From assembly GCA_051294905.1 (NCBI GenBank), contig CM119372.1, positions 2,730,001 through 2,794,000 on the forward strand: a DNA stretch of 64,000 nt, read 5' to 3'. The position numbers and the translations under genes are program-made. This stretch comes from Botryllus schlosseri (lineage: Eukaryota). Positions 12,680 to 23,962 of this stretch are shown here, piece by piece (within the stretch, counting starts at the first letter, position 1; each line of letters opens with the position of its first letter). The notes beneath the pieces are model-generated. The model had not been told where the DNA came from. It did not search any database and was given only the letters and a program-made list of their open reading frames with translations.

Positions 12680-14372
12680 GCCGCGATTGCGAATCGATGA
12701 ACAAAGTTTTGAAGACTGCAAGCGGATATAAAGAAATGACACTGGATGTCATTTTACTGTGGTTCCATCAGACTCAGACAACTTACCTGAATGATTTTCG
12801 CCGTGCTGAATGCGGACACGGGGAGTATATTCTCAAAGAAGAATTCATCCACATGAGAAAACCTCTCGGAGACCTTAAGTTTCCAAGACTAATATCGCTT
12901 GACGATATCAAACAGGACATCGACGCTAAACAAGATGTGACAAAATTTTTCATTGCTAGCGATAAAGCTAATCAAAGATTAACACAGCGAGCTATGGCGA
13001 GATGGTGCGTAAAAAATAGTATGGTTGGATTTACATCGATCACTGGTGCATTCACTGTTGCTTCGATGACACAACGTAAAATTCATTGCGTCCGATATTT
13101 CCCGAAGCCACCATCATGCACTTGCGCTAGCACTGCAATATGCTACCACATTCTTGCTGTAGCCATGGCTTTGAGAGATAACAATGTAAAAAAAAAAAAC
13201 CTTGCAATTCGAGTCATAGTTACTCAAAAACCGCAAAGCCGCTAAAGGAAGTCCGGGAGAAAACAACCACGTCGCGGAGATTTCGACTACGCTGTCAATA
13301 AACACTTTGATAATTCAACGCCCAAAAAGCAACAAAAGGTATCCGATGTTTCAAAATGGTTGGACGAACAACTATCCGATATAAATGATGAAATAACGCC
13401 TTTGGACTTAACAACCGATTCCATTCATGATAAGTCCGGAAATCTGCACATATCCACCAATTACCCGTGGCTTTCACCGTCACTATTGGATAAAAATCCT
13501 CAACATGTAACACGTTCGAATTTGAAGCCAGGGAAATGGCTGGATGACGATGCAAAGAACGAGCGATACAAGCCTTTTGCATCGACAAATCTGGCATCTT
13601 ATTTATCAAACTGTCCTTCTACAGATTAGCAGAAAACAATCGCGCCACAACGGACCTCTGCAAGTTCGCACACAGGGGGGAAGCGGCAAACAAAGATTTG
13701 TTCCTCGTTCTCGTGCATGTCAATGATCATTGGGTACTCGCTGCCGTCAACTTGAACAGTCGAACTGTTTTGCTGATGGACTCCCAAATATCCAAAAGTC
13801 GGAATTATGAGGATATATTCCGAAACATCTTTAAAATAATCGCCGCCAGCTTTATGGTTGCGAATGTGACTTGCAAACTCGAGAACTGGCAGTTTGCGCT
13901 GTGCATGGATGTTCAAAAACAAGTGAACACATTCGACTGCGGCATTCACTTCATTCCCAATGCATATTGCGTGGCGAATGATTTGCACTTGCCGCCGGAC
14001 CTTCCATCGGGAGTTTGCCGCGTCTGGGTAGACGACTTGGCAGTCAATTGGCCGCAGCCTCATCAGCGGCTAAAATTACCGAGTGAATTACCCAAAACAA
14101 TACACGATGCTGTTTCCGAACAATGGAAATTAATAGCAAAAAGTGGAGTACAATATTCAAATCTTGCCGACTCGTCTTCCGAAAAGGCCATACGAAACAA
14201 ATCGAAATGGGATAACTGTGACAGCAGCTTCTGCAGCGGTGGGAAAAGCGAAGACAAGCAAATACTTTGCGTCCAATGCCGCAAATGGTATCATGAATCC
14301 TGCCTCGCCAGTGATGGCAACAATTCCGAGGAGAAAATATATTTCATTTGTTATCAAAATGACTGCCGATAA
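12680..14372 (+). pseudogene. MULE transposase C-terminal remnant: SWIM zinc finger, Ulp1/C48 SUMO-protease-like domain, PHD finger
   Basis: ESMNKVLK...CTCASTAICYH (SWIM), RKSGRKQPR, WLDDDA, VNDHW..MDS..QVNTFDCG (C48 His/Asp/Cys plus Gln), and a C4HC3 PHD. Stop at 13243 and a frame break at ~13630-13700. No DDE core. Confidence 0.8.
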
Positions 14373-14779
14373 ATCCGCTAAATCATGCCCATTGTTGTCG
14401 TTCATTCATATGATCTTGATTAATCGGTTCATGACTGTAAATATGATTATCATTCCATTTCATTTCATTTACTTTACCATTGTTTCGCTATCACATTTGC
14501 ATGTATTATAATTACTGCATATCGTGTTGCACTCTCAAGAGAAGAGACAGTAGAGTGGTGGTAAGGCAGGGACAACATTCGTTAATATTGAGGTGTAAGC
14601 AAGCAAGTTCTGGAATCGCACAGGGAAATATTAAATATTACAGTTGTCATTACTGTATAGTTTTACAGATTCAACTCGATCTTTAGCCGCCCACGGAAAC
14701 CTAAAGAAAACTCTATTAGTTGAAAATTTCGGTATACTAAAAAACTACAATTTAGGCCAATATCTCTCAATTTACTATA

Positions 14780-17050
14780 CACTCTAAAATTGGGGTGTCC
14801 CGCATTTTCCGCCTTCTCCATACATTTTCGACGAGGCCAGCTAAGTTCATTGCCATTTATGAGGCATAATTCGCCTTACACTCAAAAATTTGTGTCCCGC
14901 ACTTTACGCGTTTTCTAGAAATTTTCCCCGACACCAGGTCGAGCGTCTCAGTGACCGAATTTTTCAACCTCAGATACTTCATAATTTCAATTTTTCATTA
15001 TTGTACGACCGACCTCCGCCGGATAATTTGAGTCTCCCGCAGTTTCCGCGTTTTCTAGATATTTTCAGGTTGAGCGTCTATAATGGTCAGTGATTGAATG
15101 TTTCACCTTCATATCTTTGATGAGTTCGATTTTTAACTATCACGGCAGTTCGCGGCCGTTTGTGAGGTTAAACCGGCGTTATACTCGAAAATGAGGGTGT
15201 CCCGCGCTTTCCGCGTTTTGCGTATTAACTCAACCATGCCATGTATAGTGTCTACAGGGGTCAGTTACCCAAGTTTCAACCATCAGATACCTCATAAGTT
15301 TAATTTATAACTATTACGACAGTTCTCGGACATTTGTGACGCCAAATTCGTCTTATACTCGAGATTTAGGGTGCTCCGCAGTTTCCGCGTTTTCTACAGG
15401 GTTGTAGGCTAATGACTCGAGTCATGACTCGACTCGAGTCACGATTTTCAGATGACTCGACTCGACTCATTTTCTCAAAATACGGAAATGACTCGACTCG
15501 ACTCGAGTCAATCTGTGTATTGACTCGACTTGTAGAATACTCGAGTCATTGCGCATGACTCGAAGCAAGTCATTGACTCGAGATTCAGACGACCAAGACC
15601 GACATTTCATTGTAAGTTCGAAGCCAACACACTATTGGGATTTGGTTGTTGGTACTGGGGCTTGAAAATGCGACCAGAAACTGCTAAAAGTGAGGAAAAT
15701 TGATATATTATAGATGCGAACCATTCAATATCACCAAACAGAGTTAAAAAAAAGTGGGTTTAGGAAGACTTTAACTGGAAACTGAGCAGTCAACACAATG
15801 ACTGGGACTCGGAGTCGAGTCATAATACCATGACTCGGACTCGATCCTCTGTTCGCTGACTTGGACTCGGACTTGACTCGGTGGGATTTGAAAATGACTC
15901 GACTTGACCCGAGTCAAAAATATAAAAGTGAGATTTAATTGTGACTCGGAGCCTTGTGACTTGGTTACAACCCTGGTTTTCTAGATACTTTCCACCAGGC
16001 CATGTTCATGTTCAGCGCTTACAAGGCTAAGTGACCCATTGTTTAACCATCAGATACCTCCTAAATTAAATTTCTACCCATTTACGACAGTTCTCGGCCC
16101 TTTGTGAGGCCAAACTTGTCTTAAACTCGAAATTTTGGATGTCCCGCGGTTTCCGCGTTTTCTCGATGTTTGCCACGAGGCCATGCTGGGCATGTATAAT
16201 GATCAGTGATTGAATGTTTCACCTTCATATTTGTGATGAGTTCGATTTTTAACTATCACGGCAGTTCGCGGCCGTTTGTGAGGTTAAATCTGCGTTATAC
16301 TCGAAAATTAGGGTGTCCCGCGCTTTCCGCGTTATGCAGATATTGTCAACCAGGCCATGTATAGTGTCTACAGGCGTCAGTTACCCAAGTTTCAACCATC
16401 AGATACCTCATAAGTTTAATTTATAACTATTACGAGAGTTCTCGGACATTTGTGACGCCAAATTCGTCTTATACTCGAGATTTAGGGTGCTCCGCAGTTT
16501 CCGCGTTTTCTATATACTTTCCACCAGGCCATGTTCATGTTCAGCGCTTACAAGGCTAAGTGACCCAATGTTTAACCATCAGATACCTCCTAAATGAAAT
16601 TTCTACCCATTTACGACAGTTCTCGGCCCTTTGTGAGGCCAAACCTGTCTTAAACTCGAAATTTAGGGTGTACCGCGGTTTCCGCGTTTTCTAGATGTTT
16701 GCCACGAGGCCGTGCTGGGCATGTATAATCGTTAATGACCGAATGTTTAGCCCTCAGATACGTCATAAGTTCGATTTTTAACTATCACGACAGTTCGTAG
16801 TCGTTTGTGAGGTTAAATCTGCCTTGTACTCCAAAATTATGGTGTCGCGCAGTTTCCGCGTTATCAAGATATGTTCCGCGAGGCCAGGTTTATAATCGCT
16901 AGTGAATGACTGTCTGACTCTCAGATACCTAATAATTTCAATTTTCAACTATTGCAACAGTTCTCTGCCATATATGAGTCCTACTTCGCCTCGCTCGAAA
17001 ATTGGTATCCCGCAGTTTCCTCGTTTTAGACTTCAGGGTCCCTTCTATAA
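14780..17050 (+). repeat. MULE subterminal satellite, ~175-bp monomers with a ~530-bp three-monomer higher-order repeat
   Basis: CTCGAAA.TTAGGGTGTCCCGC..TTTCCGCGTTTT recurs at ~173-182-bp spacing; block ~15085-15390 is nearly repeated at ~16200-16510. Confidence 0.8.
15397..15975. mobile_element. hAT MITE (CAGGGTTGTA family) inserted in the MULE satellite
   Basis: Exact TSD GTTTTCTA. Confidence 0.9.
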
Positions 17051-19210
17051 AATCTACAAATGTCAATGACCGACTGTCCCGCGTTCCGCCTTTTCCGCTG
17101 TTTCCTCGTTTTAGGGCCTACTTTGTGATCTATAAAGGTCAATGACCGATTGTTCCGCGTTCCGCGTTTTCCTCTTGTTTCAGCGCTTTAGGAATCGAGG
17201 TTTCCCGCTTTTTCCGCAGTTTCCGCGTTTTAGGGGCCATTTCCGCGAGTTCCGCGTTTTCCGCAGTTTCCGCGTTCCCTCCTTTTAGGGTTACCCTGGA
17301 CACAACACAAAATTACAACGAATACGATAATAAATATGCCAGTCAATAGGATGCAAATATTCATTACCATGGGTGCAACAATAGTTTTCAGCCACAAATT
17401 CAGCAATCTCACATTCCGTAAAGGAACATCCTATAATACACTTTCAAATTATGTAGCTATATAAACCAAGGCTATAATACATTCATCGATGCTGCATCTG
17501 GTTTGCTGCATGGATCTTGCAGTCTTTGGAAATTCTTTTCAAAGTTTCAATAGTATATACCGTACACATCAAACAGAAGTTGGATATTACAACAACATGA
17601 AACCCACTGTGCTGCAAATCGAACTTCAATGATTGCACATAATTAAATATTATCATGATCATGCTCATCGCTATATAGTATTTCAAGTACTGCATAGGTT
17701 TACGATTAACGGCGGGTCGATTAGTTTCGTTCGTACATGATAAACCGCGGCGCAGACGTGCCACTAGAATCATAGTGAAATTCATGACGGTTATCGCAGT
17801 TAATGATGACCAAGGCTGTTGCTGTTCAATAAATATAGCACTCAAATACCAAGCTTCCCCGCTCTCTGCCTTTCTAGTACTCATGACAGCGACAATATCA
17901 ATAATAATCAATAGCACGCACAATCCATCCACGCCGTTAAGTATCCTATTCTAAACTAAACCATTCCTGTGATAAACCCGTCACTCCGCCATTACTACAA
18001 AACCTGTTCTTTCAAATTCAAACTGAATCACGCGCGCGCAGGCTCGCCAGACAGAAGAACGCAGTCTTTATTGGTTTTATGGTTGAATGAATTTCAAGCA
18101 ACAGGCGTGCTCGGCTCGACAAGACACTCGAGACTCGACAGGTATCGGAATGCCTCATATCACTGAGCTATATGCATTATCGCTGGCCTCTTGCGCAGTA
18201 CGGCCTCAATTATCGATAATAGCCGGGCAGACTGAGTAGTTCCGTGATTGGAATAGTCATCACCATACCATTATAACGGATGTCAAGTTTTCATTTCGGA
18301 AGATTTCACATGCATTGGGTATACGGTATATTTGAAATAACATATATTTTGCCTTGATGTGGACATTTCGATCCAGTAATGTCACAATAAAATAGCTGTA
18401 TGTCTCTATATCGTACATTATATCTCTAACAATGTACGACCGCGATCATCGATAGCCGGGCTTCTGAAGTTCCGCGCGATAGAAAATCATCGCCATATCA
18501 TCAATCAACATTCTCGTATTCACTCCGATAGATTACAAATGGTGAAATGTATCATGACATTCATGAGTGTATTCAGAAAACTATTTTGCATTGATTGCAC
18601 AATGCACACTTGAATTCATAGAAAGTAGGGACATCCTGACGAACTCCTGTGTAGGTGGCATCCAGGCATCACACCATTATGACATCCACTGGAATGGTCA
18701 ATGGTGACTGGCACAGGAGCATTCTAAAATTCACTTCCTCTGGTAGTCACCTGGAGTTACATAAATTGACGTCCAATGTTGGGCATACTGAGCAAGTCCT
18801 CCGTAACTGAGGGTGGGAGGTGGGACGAGTGGGAACAATTGTGGACATACCAGTAACTCCATGGGATATCGGGTGTTTGCTGGGTAATAGCCCACCTCCG
18901 GCAACCCTAATATCCCACCTCCACCAACCCTGATATAGGCCTACCCACCTCCTCCAACCCTAATGCCACCCCAACCCTAATACCCTACCCCAACCCTAAT
19001 GTCCCACTCCCCGAACCCTAATGTCTCCCTTCCCCCCTACCCTACCCAACCTTAACACCCCACCTCAACCTACAGTTGCAATAACGAGCAGACCACGCGT
19101 GGTTGATATGTGAGCAATAACAATCGTTGGGATGTATTTTTCATCTGAACAAGTCACACACAATGTACAATGCGATAAGACCCAATGCGATGTCATGAAC
19201 AGATACGAGG

Positions 19211-22200
19211 GGTTGCCCGACATATGAGCATGCGACACAATGCAAAACGACAGTTGAGCATGCGACGCTACAGCATGAGGACCCATTAGCATGGTAGCAC
19301 ATGAGCATTAGGGACACGTGAGCATGGGGACACATGCGCATGGGGACATATGAGCATGTTGAAATATGAGCAAGGGGACACATGGGCATGGGAACAGTTT
19401 AGCGTGCGACACTTGAGCATGGTTACACATTAGCATGGGGACTAATGAACATGGTTACATATGGGCATGGTAACACGTGAGCATGGGGGCACATAACGAT
19501 TGGGACACTTCCGCATGTTAACACTTGCGCATGGTGACATATTAGCATGGTGACAAATGAGCACGCGGACACTTGCGCATGTGACACTTGAGCATCAGAC
19601 ACTTGAGCATGCGACACTTGGGCATGCGACACTTGGGCATGCGGCACTTGGGCATGCGGCACTTGGGCATGCGACACTTGGGCATGCGACACTTGGGCAT
19701 GCGACACTTGAGCATGCGACACTTGAGCATGCGACACTTGGAAATGCCACAATTGAACATGCCACAATTGAGCATGCGACACTTGAGCATATGCGACACT
19801 TGAGCGTGCCACATTTTAGCATGTGCCACATTTTAGCATGCGTCACTTGAGCATGTGACACTTGAGCAAGTTAGCTTGTGTTACTGATGGAATTTGTTGT
19901 CACGTGGTGCAAAAAAACACGCTGTTATAAGCACCACAACATGCTTTTATTAATAAATGAAATAACTCGATTTCACGGCTAGCTTCGACTGCGGTTAGTG
20001 AAACATGACATCAGTGGAAATTGCTGTCTGTATATTTCAATCCTGCACATCACAAGACTGTGCAGTGTGCATGTGCATACCCAAGCAGAATGAAGTTTGT
20101 TGTCGATGTGGGGACGCCACGATACTGGATATAGCGTTTGTTCTGAAAGTAGATTCTAAACCAGTGATTCCTAACCCGGCTAACCTTCTTGCGGCTCTGA
20201 TAGACCCCTGAATATGCCACTAAAATATTATAAACAGTTGCTGATGTTTGCCAAAGGCCTCTTCTGAAAACGGAGAAAGAGAATTTTTGCAGAATAGCGT
20301 CGAAACCATGGATTTATATCCGTCAGAAAATGATATATCCTTAGTTCTGATGGTCATAGACCTTTACAGATTGTCTCTGTGAAGAGTAACTTTCGACACA
20401 ATTTTGCTGGCATCAAAGTATCGGCTCATAGTCAAGTATAAATTGCAATATTACCAATATTACTCAGCGTATAATCCCAATCAAACTTGTGCATTAACTG
20501 CTGAAATGTATGAAGAGCTATTACATAACGTTATATATAGTATACTGTAGTGATCATGCATTTTTAGTATATTTCAGTGTATAGCACTCGCCAGTCTTAA
20601 TCTAGCAATGCTAAAACAACCGATATAGCATCTATAGAAGTCTATATGTGCATCGTACATGCCTTTGAATTAGCTGGACGGTGAGATCCAGAGGTAGGCT
20701 ATAGCTATACTGACTTGTTACCAGAAGTTGAAAACCTTTCACAAAGCGAGCTGAGCCAAGTGTCACATTTATCTTGCGTTGTTGAAATGTAAGTACATGT
20801 GGTATGGCCTTTTTGTGATTTGTATGATTGAGATCGCATCAATGTAGGGCACTATTCCGACGTTAGCGTTGAATATAGTATTAAGAAAAATTCCGGCCCG
20901 CCAAAAAGTTGTGCACTCGGAATTTGGCCCGTGACTAGCAAAAGGTTGCCGACCCCTGCTTTACTCGATAGATTAGACAGCTTGATGACTGCTTGCAGAT
21001 GTCTGCGGTTTTGTTAATTGCTCGCGATCTGGCAATCCGCGGGTCTGGGTGTGATGTTGGTTGCCTAATATTGCCTTCAATTACGTCAACACATTATATT
21101 AGAATTATACGCTGGATGTATAGACGAAATAACACCGCTCAATAACATGACTATTTGACATACTGTAGTAGCCAAAGCAAATATTTTCAAATAATGAAAC
21201 ACCAGACTTCATCCTGAAGTTTTCAGGCATAAGCACAAGCTATTTATTGGATTACTGATGATGGGTATTGGTACCGTGTTGTTGATATTTCCGCCATACA
21301 CAGGGACGGACGGTTTTATCAACTGTATTGCGATGATCTAACATTGCGTACATTCATAAATCGCCAGGTCATCTACCATCGTGTATTGCATTTGTCCGCA
21401 TCGCCGAAGATTCGGTTCTTGCTAGGATTGCAGTCGACGAGCATGTCCACATTCAAGTCGAAATACAAGCAATTACTACTAAATAAATACAGTCCATCCT
21501 CAAAATTACCGGACCACGACTGACCTATCGATCTCGCTTCCCATGACATGCCGCCCTATTTATTGTCGCTTTCTTTTTCTATACTATCTTCTTTACTTTC
21601 ATTCAGTGTGCATGCCTCCTCTTTACATCGCCTAGGCCAAGGTGGGTGTCAGATTCCATAGACTACTCCTTGTCGCTTCGACATCTTCCTGTCTTTTCAT
21701 TGTATCGCATTTTTTGTGGTGTATTGAACTGATAAAATTGCTAATAAACCAATGATGATGATGATGATGATGGAGGATCGCTATTGTAGACAACAGCTTG
21801 TGTGTGGTTTTTCAGAAACAGTCATCGTCCATTCGTTTGTACATATCCTGATGCTACGTTTTATATTAAGTGATAAAACAGAGCGTCGTGAGGAATTAAC
21901 CGATTTTGCGAATCCATCGGAAACCTTTCTGGTGAAAAATGTCCGCCGATTTGGCAATAGCCTACGCAACCAACGATGAAGCCATACGGCGCTAGAACAT
22001 GATTTCCTTCTTATAACGGTGCTATATATTACTGTTGAAATTGTGAATGCATGCACCAAACATGCTCACAGTGCAATTTCCGCAATATATTCAGGGTCAA
22101 ATCGTAAAAAAGGGAATGAGTAAGGCCTTGAGTCTGCCCACGGCTTGACTCGGAAAACGCTTGCTCAACGCCGTATTTCGAGATCGACTGGCATTTCGGC

Positions 22201-23449
22201 GTTTAGCATTTTGACACCACGAGACCCACGTTTCGGGCACCACGCGACTCCTTGTAGGTACTGACTGCGATAAAACCTTGAAATAAAATAACCGCCACAT
22301 GTTGACCAAAATGTTCAACATTGTTATGACCACTGTCCAGGCGCCGAAAAGACCAGCGCTCGCAGCTTGAACCTAACGTATAAATTGAGACCCACAAAAT
22401 AAAATAATAAGTGCCGTGTCGAATTGCGAATTTGGAATTGCTTTCGTCTCACGAAAGGATATATCCTTTTAGTTCGTCTGGTGTAAACGATTCCAATATA
22501 TGTGGAGCAATGACAACCTTTATCGCTTTACCCCGATCTTTGGAGCTTTTCAGACAAATCCATATAGTCACAGACCATGTACCCACCCACTCAATCAATT
22601 TGCCACTTTCCTCGCGCGGCAATCAAATTGGTTACGCGCTAATATATGGTCACATGCCCAAGTGTCACATGCCCAAATGTCGCATGCTCAAGTGTCGCAT
22701 GCCCAAGTGTCGCATGCCCAAGTGTCGCATGCCCAAGTGTCGCATGCTCAAGTGTCGCATGCCCAAGTGTAGCATGACCACATGCCCAAGTGTCGCATGC
22801 TCAAGTGTCGCATGCTCAAGTGTCGCATGCTCAAGTGTCGCATGCCCAAGTGTCGCCAAGTTTCGCATGCTCAAGTGTGGCATGCTCAGGTGTCGCATGC
22901 TCAAGTGTCTGCATATCCACGTGTCCCATGCCCAAATGTCGCATGCCCAAGTGTTGCATACTCAACTGTCGCATGCTCAACTGTCCCATGCTCAAGGGTC
23001 GCATGCTCAAGTGTCGCAGGCTCAAGTGTCTGCATATCCACGTGTCGCATGCTCAAGTGTCTGCATGTAGACGTGTCGCATGCGTACATGACCCCATGCT
23101 CATGTGCACCTTTGCTCTTATGTCCCCATGCCCATGTGTCCATATGCGCATGTGTGCCCATGCTCTTGTGTCCCCATGCTCATGTGTCGTCAAGGCTCAT
23201 GTATCGCATGCTCATATGTCACCATGATCAAGTGGTACTTATTAAATTGTCACCATGTTGATGTGTCCCTATGCTCACGTGTATCCATGCTCGTGTGTCC
23301 CTATACTTATGTGTCCCCATGCTAATATGTCCTCATGTTAATATGTCCCTGTGCTGATATGTCTACATGCCCCCGAGTCGCCATGACCAAAAGTCGCTAT
23401 GCTCAAGTGTCGCTTGCTATTGTGTCGCATGCTAATATGTCCACGGACC
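19211..23449. mobile_element. 4.2-kb foldback/MULE-like element with long arms of 15-bp repeats (GCATGCGACACTTGR)n
   Basis: Same termini as 5248-5498, reversed. Arms 19211-~19870 and ~22650-23449 are inverted. TSD GATACGAGG/GATTCGAGG. Confidence 0.8.
21508..21771 (+). mobile_element. 3'-end fragment of the same CR1/L2 LINE as 541-1697
   Basis: Near-identical reverse complement of ~541-797, ending in (ATG)7. Confidence 0.9.
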
Positions 23450-23962
23450 GATTCGAGGATGTCGAACGTCGCACGTCCGCCCCTCGCCAAGTCAATTCAA
23501 CACTGAGCCGACCACGCAATCGTGATCACGTGATCTGATCACTCCGTGACTGCGTGATCTACGCATGCCCTGACCTCCTTACAAGATTGACAAATCAGTT
23601 GATAATAACAATATTAGTTTAATAATTCATAATAATACTTGTTAATACTCTTAATTACAAAATTTCCCGAGGACGGAATTCACCGAGGGGCGGGTTCACC
23701 GAGGTCCGAGTTCACCGAGGTCCGAGTTTGCAAGGCCGAATTCTCCGAGGTCCGAGTTCACCGGCAACCTCTTGAGCCCTTCAGGTAGCCGCTGTCTTGT
23801 TGGGTGGCAAATAGTTGTTCCAGATTATTAGCCTAGGTCTCATATAGTGGTCATCCCCAAGTTTCGGAGCGAATGGCTTGACAGATATTCGATAGAATTT
23901 GGAAGTAAATTGATTCTGGGGTTGCTGCATTGGCCTAATGCACGGAGAGAGTGACTATAGGC

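Larger units (their letters stand above)
8032..17296 (+). mobile_element. Mutator-like element (MULE) with ~220-bp TIRs and 9-bp TSD
   Basis: TIR GGGTAACCCTAAAAGGAGGGAACGCGG (8032-~8250) is mirrored at ~17078-17296. Exact TSD TGGACACAA. Internal SWIM/Ulp1/PHD coding remnant. Confidence 0.92.
1877..18884. mobile_element. CMC/EnSpm-like DNA transposon (CCC termini, TA TSD), apparently non-autonomous, inflated to 17 kb by nested insertions
   Basis: TIRs CCCAGCAAACACTCGATGTCC and GGATATCGGGTGTTTGCTGGG (21 bp, 2 mismatches). TA on both sides. Removing the element restores one minisatellite unit. Confidence 0.8.
277..23769. mobile_element. Outer foldback-like TIR DNA element with ~120-bp TIRs built of ~15-bp GAACTCGG units; hosts many nested insertions
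   Basis: 277-400 (GATTACCAGTGAACTCGGACCTCGGAGAA...GGGAAATTTTGTA) matches the reverse complement of ~23652-23769. Flanks TCTTCAGC (269-276) and TCTTGAGC (23770-23777) form an 8-bp TSD with 1 mismatch. Confidence 0.75.

Noticed and set aside
17483..17932. 149-aa hydrophobic ORF
   Set aside because: No recognisable motif or splice context; lies inside a transposon.
19423..23325. Repetitive ORFs (HAQVS)n, (MPKCR)n and (MRHLG)n
   Set aside because: These are translations of a 15-bp tandem repeat, open in many frames on both strands.
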